Source: a virus
Reading direction: 5' to 3' (one strand)
DNA: 64,000 nucleotides
IMG/VR virus record: IMGVR_UViG_3300008952_001755
Location: 7,361-71,360 of that record
Shown here: in pieces, positions 56,246 to 64,000 of the stretch
Layout: each line of letters opens with the position of its first letter
Position numbering within the stretch: position 1 is the first letter of the stretch
Position numbers and translations under genes: made by a program
Notes under the pieces: generated by a model
The model's database searches: none
The model's input: the letters and a program-made list of their open reading frames with translations, nothing else
Told to the model about the DNA's origin: nothing

Positions 56246-57273
56246 GAGAATGCTCCTCCGTACCCAGGATCCATGCTATGTGTCTCGCCTAACACAACAG
56301 CTTCCCATCCCGCTAAATTATCTCGTTTTATAATATTATTAGCGTCTTCTGAATTAAACTCTCCAAAGTCTCCTGTTCTGATTTCCTCTAATTTCATATT
56401 AATTTTTAATTGACGAGGGAGGAGGGTATCTATGTCATATCCCACTGCCTCATTATAGCCAATTGAATAGTTTGTACAAATACAGGGAATATCTTGATAT
56501 AAGATTCCATGTCTTAGTCTTATTATAGGAGGACCATAGATGGGGTTCTTAGAATAATTAACTACACTTGATCTAATGATGTTAGTCCAATAAATAATAA
56601 TATCAATGATTTGATGTTTTAGTTGCATATCTTCATTATACTCAACTGTTTCCTTCTTCCATTTTTGTCCAAATTGTTTAATATTTTTTACCAAACCAGA
56701 TCCAGGATTTGATACAATCTGTTCCAGAAGTAATTCATTAGCAAATTCTGGCCCCAAATTGTATCTGTTAACAAAACGAAATTTGTCTTCACTATTAAAA
56801 GCACCACTTGTCGTAACTTCTAAGGTATTTAAAACTTGTCTAGCGGAATCTCTAGCTAAGTCTTGCGTATATTTAGTTCCTAAAGTAAAAGCCATCCCCT
56901 TAGGAGTTGGGTCATCTTCATTTGGATTAAGAAACTCACGCTTTGCCATTTCTACATTACTTCTATCTGTATCATAATTAATGTAAGAATCTAAATTAAC
57001 ATCAGGATGTTCTTCTAGAATATGAGGAAGGGTTATATTAAAAGACAGATCTATTTGTCTAGAATCCGCTCCTAAGTAACTGTATAAATTACTTGATCTA
57101 GAGATCAAAGAATACTTTTGATATCGAGCTTTTTTCTTTTCTCTAATAACCACATTCTCAAAAAAAGGAAGGGCTACTACATAATAATCCGCACCCTTGG
57201 CAGGAATAGGAAAATAAAACATTAGCTTTGTTCTATTGGGTAATGCTCTGTCAACTATGTGTCTGTTTGTCAT
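56242..57273 (-). CDS. Tail tube initiator-like protein
   Basis: YSLISRSSNLYSYLGADSRQIDLSF, GPPIIRLRHG, CICTNYSI; follows the tape measure gene. Confidence 0.62.
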   Translation of the reverse strand: MTNRHIVDRALPNRTKLMFYFPIPAKGADYYVVALPFFENVVIREKKKARYQKYSLISRSSNLYSYLGADSRQIDLSFNITLPHILEEHPDVNLDSYINYDTDRSNVEMAKREFLNPNEDDPTPKGMAFTLGTKYTQDLARDSARQVLNTLEVTTSGAFNSEDKFRFVNRYNLGPEFANELLLEQIVSNPGSGLVKNIKQFGQKWKKETVEYNEDMQLKHQIIDIIIYWTNIIRSSVVNYSKNPIYGPPIIRLRHGILYQDIPCICTNYSIGYNEAVGYDIDTLLPRQLKINMKLEEIRTGDFGEFNSEDANNIIKRDNLAGWEAVVLGETHSMDPGYGGAFS

Positions 57274-57275
57274 GG

Positions 57276-58985
57276 TTAACTCCTAGGTTGTATAGGTTCC
57301 TGCGCTTCAATTGATTTCCTCATAGCTGCTTCTCTTTGCTCAGTTGCAATCCGCAACTCCTCTAACATCTCTTCTGCCGTAGTATTAACACCGACATTTA
57401 GGATTGCTTCCATACTTCGCCCCAATATATTAGCTGTTTCATCTAAGAATGCAGGGGTAGTAACTTTTGGGGATGTATTTTCAGCAGTCTCTTTAGTATT
57501 CAAGCGAATAGCTGTAGCCGCCTCAAAGTTTCTCTCCATACCATCAATAATGCCACCTAAAAGCCTATTTCCCAACTTATCAGGATTATCGTCATTAAAC
57601 AATTCTTTCCACTTTTCCATAGGGTCTTTCCAAATAATTTCCGCTGCATCAACGATATTCTCCGCAGCCTTATCTAAGCGACCTGAAACCCAAGCAAGTT
57701 GGCTATCAATCCCAGCAGTGCCTATGTCCGCTGATCTCCCGAAAGTAGCTATTGCTCGCACTCTATTATAAGCCTGTATCATCCCCTTAGTAAGCCGAAG
57801 AATTCCCCCATAAAGACCAACAAATGCAGCATCAACCAACCACAGTGATGATCTAAGACTTTGAAAAGGAACTGTTATTCCCAGGTGAACAGCCCAAGCA
57901 ACAACCTTAGCCATAGTCTTCCATTCACCAGCAAGAGCTTTACCCCATTTCCATAACTGAGTAAATACAGGATCAAATACATTAAGTGTTACTCTAAGGC
58001 CATGCGCTAAACCTATAAGGATCTTGTGGAAGAAGGGTATCCCCTTCATTAGAAGTGGGTAAACATTATCAGCTATAGCCTTTCCTAATGGTTGCAAAAT
58101 TTCCTTTCTTAATGTAGAAAGTGATTTAGCAAATAGATCAACCTCTTTTTGCTCCTCTTTCATCCGTTTACCTAAGTTATCTGCAACCGTTGTAAAGTTA
58201 ATGGCTGCTGGGCCAAAAAGCTCTGCTGCTGCGCCTAATAGGAAATATGCTTCATCGGCACCACCAGCTATTTCTTTAAACTTCTTTGAGGCTGTTATGA
58301 AAGCTTCTTTTAAAATTTTGGCTGATTCTTCTGAACTCTTAGAAGCAGAGAGTTGTTCTCTTACTCCACCAATACCAAGCATAGTTAATTTCTCAAAACC
58401 CTTCATACTGGTATCCATAATCATTTTCATGACAGAATCTAACGGTTTCGCCATCTGAGGTCCCATTTCAGCAGTTAATGTGGCAAAAGCTTTCACTGTC
58501 CTATCACCCATACCTGCTAAAGCTTGTGCTGGGAAGGAGTCTTTTAATGCATCCATCGAATTAACAAGCTGATCAGTAGCAACCTGCCAATCCTCCCCTG
58601 TCTCCACTAAACTGACTGCCAAATTATTAGTCTGTTCTCTTGATAATCCTAAAGCAGCTTCCATACCTGCGAAAACTTTAGCGGTCTTAATAGACTGAGT
58701 TCCTGTTAAACGCTGTTGGTTAATTAATCTTGCTATTCCCGCAGTATTCCCTTGAAGACCAGCCTCCATACCTCCAATAGCAGCAGCGAACCTCTCGTTC
58801 ATGTCTCCACGAAGACCCTCCATAGTTGGGCCTAAGGTATCACTAGTTTTCTGAAAAGTCTGACCCAAGGCTAAGGAGGCTTTTTGAGCATTATCTGCAA
58901 AAACAATACTCGCTCGGATAGCATCTTTCAATGCATCCATGGATTGGACCAGGCCAGCCACTCGCAGGGCATCCGTTAGAACCAT
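57276..58985 (-). CDS. Tape measure protein
   Basis: Ala/Leu/Gly-rich helical protein with a hydrophobic central segment; canonical position upstream of tube initiator, LysM, hub and spike. Confidence 0.65.
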   Translation of the reverse strand: MVLTDALRVAGLVQSMDALKDAIRASIVFADNAQKASLALGQTFQKTSDTLGPTMEGLRGDMNERFAAAIGGMEAGLQGNTAGIARLINQQRLTGTQSIKTAKVFAGMEAALGLSREQTNNLAVSLVETGEDWQVATDQLVNSMDALKDSFPAQALAGMGDRTVKAFATLTAEMGPQMAKPLDSVMKMIMDTSMKGFEKLTMLGIGGVREQLSASKSSEESAKILKEAFITASKKFKEIAGGADEAYFLLGAAAELFGPAAINFTTVADNLGKRMKEEQKEVDLFAKSLSTLRKEILQPLGKAIADNVYPLLMKGIPFFHKILIGLAHGLRVTLNVFDPVFTQLWKWGKALAGEWKTMAKVVAWAVHLGITVPFQSLRSSLWLVDAAFVGLYGGILRLTKGMIQAYNRVRAIATFGRSADIGTAGIDSQLAWVSGRLDKAAENIVDAAEIIWKDPMEKWKELFNDDNPDKLGNRLLGGIIDGMERNFEAATAIRLNTKETAENTSPKVTTPAFLDETANILGRSMEAILNVGVNTTAEEMLEELRIATEQREAAMRKSIEAQEPIQPRS

Positions 58986-58987
58986 AA

Positions 58988-59356
58988 TTATAACTTCCTT
59001 ATTCTTCTAAGAGGACCAAAGATATGACTCATAATGTATGTTCTATAGTTATCTTTGGGTAATTCCTTATTTTTATATAGAGTTTCTAGAGAAGCTGGTG
59101 TATAATCTCCACCTTCAGGTATCTTAAATCCTGTTAAAAGGAGATTTCCTGTAGCTGCTTCTCTGGTAATAGGCTCGGTGACTAAAAATAGTCTCTCTGC
59201 TCTACTACCCTTCCCTATACCTAAAATATATCTAAAGAACAAAACATCCCCTGGGTTAGCACAGGAGTCCGATTTGGGTACAATCTGGACATGATGCTGA
59301 TGATCTGCCCCAACAGATTTTAAAAAATCTTGAGTTTGTTTTGAAAATTTAGCCAT
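58988..59356 (-). CDS. Hypothetical protein, weakly like DNA end protector gp2
   Basis: PGDVLFFRY and YRTYIMSHI loosely echo gp2 motifs. Confidence 0.35.
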   Translation of the reverse strand: MAKFSKQTQDFLKSVGADHQHHVQIVPKSDSCANPGDVLFFRYILGIGKGSRAERLFLVTEPITREAATGNLLLTGFKIPEGGDYTPASLETLYKNKELPKDNYRTYIMSHIFGPLRRIRKL

Positions 59357-59362
59357 ATCTCC

Positions 59363-59378
59363 CTATTATATATAAATA
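59363..59378. promoter_or_regulatory. Divergent promoter region with exact T4 late consensus TATAAATA (+) and TATATAATAG (-)
   Basis: ctattatatataaata in the 35-bp gap between divergent ATGs 59356 and 59392. Confidence 0.55.
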
Positions 59379-59391
59379 TTAAGTTTAAACC

Positions 59392-59694
59392 ATGAATAAT
59401 AACCTAGAGATAGAGATTATAGATTTTCTTGATTTGATAAATGAAACACTTAGTTATTCATTCGTAGAGAAGTGGAGACATAAGTACTCTGAGAAGTTTG
59501 TTAAGCATTTTCAGTTGAAAGTTCTGGATGCTATGAATAAACAGAAGCCTATTAAGCTTGAGATGCTTTATAATTATCTAACTAAGAAGTGTAAGTATTC
59601 ACCAGATCAAGTAAATAACTTCTTTAGGTCGGTAGAGATAGATATCTATCACCCTTTTATATATGGTACTTATCCTATGTCTTCTTCTTTCTAG
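59392..59694 (+). CDS. Hypothetical protein
   Basis: 100-aa ORF filling the gap, downstream of TATAAATA. Confidence 0.55.
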   Translation: MNNNLEIEIIDFLDLINETLSYSFVEKWRHKYSEKFVKHFQLKVLDAMNKQKPIKLEMLYNYLTKKCKYSPDQVNNFFRSVEIDIYHPFIYGTYPMSSSF

Positions 59695-60448
59695 CTTTTA
59701 ATTCTTCTATTGTTTTCTGTACTTCATGCATGGTACAGAACTCAGGGCAAGCAGTCTTGTAAGCACACCAATTACAGAACTCATTCCTGTTAGACCTCAT
59801 CTCGTTTTTCTTCTTCTTACGGATCTTCCAGACCTCATCAACGATCTTGCGTAAGTGAGCATTGATTTGAGGAACAGAGTATTGAACATGTACGAAATTG
59901 TTAGTAAGAGGATAGTAGTGAGCAGCTACGATCTTGGAGATGGGAACCTCGTACAGCTTACTGATCGCGTACACATAACCTTTTAGTTGGGTGTCCTGAT
60001 AAAGCTCAACTTTAGACTTCTCCCTTTTAGAAGTCTTGTAGTCGATGATGAGATATCCCCCATCTTCACCCTTAATAATACGGTCAATGATACCATTCAA
60101 GGTGATATCGTCCTTTATGGGAACTTCAAAGACTAGCTCAACCCCTGCTGTCTCCCCCAATTTTGCGTTGAATTTAAGAAAATTATTAATACATCTTAAA
60201 TCCTTGCCCTCATACTTCTTTGATACCTTGTATGAGCCTTTCACCTCTTCAGCGATCAACAGCATCTCATCTTGAGTCTTTGCGTTCACCCCGTCCTCTA
60301 GGACCTTGTGGATATAAGACCCAAAGTGAAGAGCATCGGTGTTGGTCTCTGGTGGTTCGGGGAGACGATCAACATACCGATAACGGTATTTCAGTTGACA
60401 TTGTTTAAAGGTCTGGAACTTAGATTCGGAAATTGTTTTAATGTACAT
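59675..60448 (-). CDS. Cas4/AddB-like PD-(D/E)xK exonuclease with Fe-S cysteines
   Basis: QCQLKY, FGSYIHKVLE, GIIDRI, IIDYKTS, QLKGY, CNWCAYKTAC; GAGGTG RBS. Confidence 0.85.
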   Translation of the reverse strand: MYIKTISESKFQTFKQCQLKYRYRYVDRLPEPPETNTDALHFGSYIHKVLEDGVNAKTQDEMLLIAEEVKGSYKVSKKYEGKDLRCINNFLKFNAKLGETAGVELVFEVPIKDDITLNGIIDRIIKGEDGGYLIIDYKTSKREKSKVELYQDTQLKGYVYAISKLYEVPISKIVAAHYYPLTNNFVHVQYSVPQINAHLRKIVDEVWKIRKKKKNEMRSNRNEFCNWCAYKTACPEFCTMHEVQKTIEELKARKKKT

Positions 60449-61436
60449 AATAGCACCTCAGTTTATTAGAGACTACATCACCCAGAAATTTAGGGATACT
60501 GGGAAACTCTCTGCTAGTGGGCGTGAGTTTATCATGGAGTCTTTGTTCGTGAATAACGACTGGAAGAAGCACATGAGCGTCAATGTAGATAGTGGTATGT
60601 GGCAGTGCTTTAAGACAGGAAGATCAGGAAACTTCACCAGACTCTATTCTGAGATAGAAGGTGTTCCTTACTTCAGGGCTCAACGAGATCTTATTATCAA
60701 GAACTTTGAATTCCTAGGTGAAGAGGTTCCCGAATTAGCTAGAACAGAGAACCAGCTAGAGCTAGACACAAGCAAACTCACCCCTATTACTCTGGGGTCA
60801 GCTTATTCAGAAGATAAAAAAATCCTAGATGCGTGGAGCTTTCTTTGGGGTAGGAAGCTCTTCAATACTGACCATGAAGAACCTGATGCCTTTTACTTGT
60901 GTACTGAGGGGAGGTTTAGAGATCGCATTATCATTCCATTCAAGAGTGATGAAGGAGTGGTTTATTATTTCCAAGGCAGAGCAATATATGATATGTCCCC
61001 CAAGTACTTGAACCCTTCTACGGAGATTGCCCCCAAGCCTTCGGATATCCTGTACCCCTACTCTGAGAACATGGATCACCTAGTTGTCTGTGAGGGGCCT
61101 CTAGATGCTCGTTCCTTGCAACTCCAGGGCGTAAACGCTACTGCTACCATTGGAAGCTCAATCAGCCGTAGACAAGCGGAGATCCTGTCTACCTTCAAGG
61201 GGAAGATTGTTCTAGGCTATGACAATGATGATGCTGGTCAACGGGGGATTGGCAAATTTGATAGAACTAGAAAAGAGTTGAGGATGGGGGGATTTGATGT
61301 GTGTCCTCCCCCTTCAGGGTTTAAAGACTGGAACGAGGCTCATGTGTCAGACGAAGATTTATTCCAATGGGTTATGGAAAAAACTACTTCCTACGATTTC
61401 GAGTATCAGATCAGTAATCAACTAAATTTTGATTAA
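60441..61436 (+). CDS. DNA primase (DnaG/gp61-like TOPRIM)
   Basis: RIIIPF, YFQGRA, PKYLNP, VCEGPLDA, YDNDDAG, KDWNE. Confidence 0.88.
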   Translation: MYIIAPQFIRDYITQKFRDTGKLSASGREFIMESLFVNNDWKKHMSVNVDSGMWQCFKTGRSGNFTRLYSEIEGVPYFRAQRDLIIKNFEFLGEEVPELARTENQLELDTSKLTPITLGSAYSEDKKILDAWSFLWGRKLFNTDHEEPDAFYLCTEGRFRDRIIIPFKSDEGVVYYFQGRAIYDMSPKYLNPSTEIAPKPSDILYPYSENMDHLVVCEGPLDARSLQLQGVNATATIGSSISRRQAEILSTFKGKIVLGYDNDDAGQRGIGKFDRTRKELRMGGFDVCPPPSGFKDWNEAHVSDEDLFQWVMEKTTSYDFEYQISNQLNFD

Positions 61437-61968
61437 AGGTCGGACAACTACTTTCACAAGCCATTAGCACTTGGGCAATATGAGATCCTATGGTAGTTGA
61501 AGTATCATAAGTGGCATTATAGGATCCTGGCAACTTTCCAATAACAACATTTGATGTTCGCTGACAGTTTGATTCTTCGTCAGTATTGAGAATCCATTTC
61601 CTACGAGTGTATCCAGTAGCACTAGTAGTGATAGTCCCAGACAAACCCAAACCACCAACAGCACTATCACTAAAGAGTTGTAGCCCTTGTTTAGTATAAT
61701 TCCCACTACAATAGGAAGCTATTTCTTTTTCCTCCGTAACCTGAACTGAATAGTTAACATCTACATAACTATAAAGAACCTCAGGTGCGCCAGAGAGAAC
61801 CCCATTAGATGGGGTAGGTGTAGTGTCGTAGACAAAGACCCGCTTAAACATCCCATTGATAACTTGCGTGTGGACATGCCAATCAGCAAATTCGCAGGAA
61901 CTAGAATCTCCTGAGGCGTTCAGTCCTGTGGTCGGACTAATTTGTACGGGAGTTAGTTCACTAGGCAT
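61411..61968 (-). CDS. Hypothetical protein (Ser/Thr/Cys-rich, possibly virion)
   Basis: 185-aa ORF with GAGG RBS and upstream CTAGATA. Confidence 0.55.
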   Translation of the reverse strand: MPSELTPVQISPTTGLNASGDSSSCEFADWHVHTQVINGMFKRVFVYDTTPTPSNGVLSGAPEVLYSYVDVNYSVQVTEEKEIASYCSGNYTKQGLQLFSDSAVGGLGLSGTITTSATGYTRRKWILNTDEESNCQRTSNVVIGKLPGSYNATYDTSTTIGSHIAQVLMACESSCPTFNQNLVDY

Positions 61969-62032
61969 AATATTTTTCCTCTACCTTATCTAGGCTATCT
62001 CCTAGATGTTTTTTAAAAAATATTATCTAAAT

Positions 62033-63013
62033 TTAAGTAATCGTGAAATAGAACGGAGGAGTTACATAGTTCTGGGTTAAATAAGAGTACTTAGCCACAA
62101 TGAAATATGTCCCAGCCGCAGCTACCGCGCTAAGGGTATCAAAGTTATAAAGAATTGTGTTATCTGTCGTAACTGTAGCGGGTGTACCCTCGGCAATGAC
62201 ATTGGCCCATGGAGCCGAGTTTATAGCATCATCACTAACTTTTTTGATAGAAATTGTAGGGTTAGTAATTTGATAATCCTTCAAGATATTCTTGGTTTCT
62301 TCTGAAAGAGTACTATTTTGAACCGTAATATCGGTTGTAATCTTCATATCAATCTTTTCCCCATAACGAAGCTTCTTGTTCAGTAGTCTATTGCGAGTAG
62401 TAATCAGAAGCGGTTCTGTGATCGTAGTGAATGTATCGTTGTAGAGACTGAAGTTATTGATAAAGAGTTGGTATTCAGACTCCGCAGCAAGTTTTACAGT
62501 CCAAACATCAATATAATCCTGAACAGAGGAAGCACCATTGGCTACAGTAACTCCAGAATTAAAGGGATATCTAATATTGTAACCACCTGACAAATCGTTG
62601 TTACCGTCTAGAACAGCAACATAGTCTCCAACACCCACTCTGTAGATTCCACTTGCTTGGGGTCCTGGTACATAAGGAGGGAACCAATCTGTATCGCCTA
62701 ATTTATTGCTTGTTACTCTTACTTTTTCCTCTGCGTCTAAAGACCACCCATCATGAATATCAGGAGCAGCACCACCAGAAATCCCAAAGTTCATTAATAC
62801 TACGGAAGTAGAATCACTCTTGATTAACCCATCATCACCGTCAACTATAGAACCAGGGGAATCATTTGATAACTTAGTGAAGATAGTGCAAGCACTAACA
62901 TCATAAGGATCAATGAATTGTCCATCATTGATAAATAGCGTTCTAATGGCTACTTTCCCGAGAACGCTCGGGCGGTTAAATCTATCAACTAGTGTCACTC
63001 CGTTTAATTGCAT
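62033..63013 (-). CDS. Hypothetical structural protein
   Basis: 326-aa beta-rich ORF downstream of the tail chaperone genes. Confidence 0.55.
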   Translation of the reverse strand: MQLNGVTLVDRFNRPSVLGKVAIRTLFINDGQFIDPYDVSACTIFTKLSNDSPGSIVDGDDGLIKSDSTSVVLMNFGISGGAAPDIHDGWSLDAEEKVRVTSNKLGDTDWFPPYVPGPQASGIYRVGVGDYVAVLDGNNDLSGGYNIRYPFNSGVTVANGASSVQDYIDVWTVKLAAESEYQLFINNFSLYNDTFTTITEPLLITTRNRLLNKKLRYGEKIDMKITTDITVQNSTLSEETKNILKDYQITNPTISIKKVSDDAINSAPWANVIAEGTPATVTTDNTILYNFDTLSAVAAAGTYFIVAKYSYLTQNYVTPPFYFTIT

Positions 63014-63185
63014 CTTGTTCTCTCTCTAGATCTTCTCTTAAAAGCTTCAAAAATATTGTCCGCTCTGTACGAGTCATGGTTTTTACATCGGAATATGTAA
63101 ATCTAGCTCGTTTCACAAGTATATAGGCTTCTAGAAGAAGTGAATCAGTATCAATTACTTCATCTAGCTCACATCGAAAAAATTT
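62985..63185 (-). CDS. gp51-like ORF in the -1 frame, probably reached by frameshift from the gp26-like gene
   Basis: Hand-translated (K)FFRCELDEVIDTDSLLLEAYILVKRARFTYSDVKTMTRTERTIFLKLLREDLEREQDAIKRSDTS*; no 5' start codon; begins at the slippery run AAATTTTTTC. Confidence 0.65.
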   Translation of the reverse strand, partial: KFFRCELDEVIDTDSLLLEAYILVKRARFTYSDVKTMTRTERTIFLKLLREDLEREQDAIKRSDTS

Positions 63186-63910
63186 GCGTCAATTGGCAGA
63201 TCTACGACCGACACCCCTCCGCAGTCCTTACAGGCAAATTTAATCTTAGTGTCAACACCATATTCGGACTTTATGGAGTTTAAAATGGTTTTAACATCCT
63301 TTAGAGGAAGTTTATCCATCACTGCGGAAATAATGGACTTGTCAGTATGTCCTTCAATTTCTGTTACAAACCTCCATAATTGGTCTAGGGCTTGTTCTGT
63401 ATCTAAGAAAAACTTTTCATCCTTTACTCTAGGTTGCCTAACTTTAATTTCTTTTTGTGCAATCGGTAGTACAAGAGTAATGGGGTCCTCAAAATCATCT
63501 GGGACTGGGTTAATATTAAGATCAGAAAGTTTAACCGTTGTAGGGTTCTCAGCTTTACATTCTTGACATAGAAGGAGGGTATTATAATCATCACCGTAGG
63601 AGATTTCTCTCAACTTCATAATTAAATAAAGTTTATCCATAGGAAGAAGATCCATTACTTTAACATTAGTAACACATCTTTGTAAAACTAAGTTCACAGG
63701 ATCATCATTCTTTTTAGCTCCTACAATAGCTTTCTCATCCTCAAAGGTCATAGGACGAACTGTAATAGGCATATCTTCATCCTCTAAGGTGTATGCGCGA
63801 CACTCAGAGGGGAGATCTACACTTATAGCGGTGTCGGTAGGCACCTCTTTGAGTAAATCATCAATAATTTTCTGCTTTGCAGCATCGGCATTAGGATTAT
63901 TTGTTATCAT
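63164..63910 (-). CDS. Baseplate hub assembly/tail chaperone (gp26-like)
   Basis: VDLPS, VRPMTFEDEK, DKLYLIMKLREISYG, CQEC, CKDC, terminal NFF. Confidence 0.8.
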   Translation of the reverse strand: MITNNPNADAAKQKIIDDLLKEVPTDTAISVDLPSECRAYTLEDEDMPITVRPMTFEDEKAIVGAKKNDDPVNLVLQRCVTNVKVMDLLPMDKLYLIMKLREISYGDDYNTLLLCQECKAENPTTVKLSDLNINPVPDDFEDPITLVLPIAQKEIKVRQPRVKDEKFFLDTEQALDQLWRFVTEIEGHTDKSIISAVMDKLPLKDVKTILNSIKSEYGVDTKIKFACKDCGGVSVVDLPIDANFFDVS

Positions 63911-63952
63911 ATATAAACTCCATTAAAGGATTATCTAAACTATAATAGTGTG

Positions 63953-64000
63953 ATGAAGATCCATATCGGTACATTAAATTCACACATTGAGACAGATAAT
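63953..64000 (+). CDS. 5' end of a gene running off the window (MKIHIGTLNSHIETDN...)
   Basis: ATG 6 nt after TATAAT; open to the edge; too short to identify. Confidence 0.4.
   Translation, partial: MKIHIGTLNSHIETDN

Noticed and set aside
59675-60448. Cas4-like gene as evidence of a CRISPR-Cas system
   Set aside because: No repeat-spacer array or other cas genes seen; stand-alone Cas4/AddB-like nucleases are common in phage replication modules

Overview
This 64-kb window is part of a large, AT-rich, T4-like (contractile-tailed) bacteriophage genome, densely coding and almost entirely on the minus strand. From left to right it carries: a replication/nucleotide module (gp41-like helicase 5' end, class II ribonucleotide reductase, SbcC/SbcD-like gp46/47, ThyX, a family A DNA polymerase, a gp55-like late sigma factor, a Holliday-junction-resolvase-like nuclease); tail tube, sheath, PAAR and neck genes; major capsid, scaffold and prohead protease; a ~30-kb fibre/baseplate/tape-measure block; and a Cas4/AddB-like nuclease, primase and gp26-like chaperone. 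I saw no tRNA, rRNA, CRISPR array, integrase, portal or terminase gene. Most notable: (1) the UDG-fused family A polymerase is split into three ORFs, with an antisense gene inside the proofreading domain; (2) an apparent lambda G/GT-style -1 frameshift joins the gp26-like chaperone to a start-less gp51-like ORF; (3) the prohead protease carries a ~620-aa basic extension sharing a YxxIGxxLxE motif with two other basic proteins; (4) a near-palindromic CTATAATAG element recurs at divergent junctions; (5) five copies of a ~230-aa module are inserted into two baseplate proteins. All calls come from motif recognition and synteny; no database searches were run.
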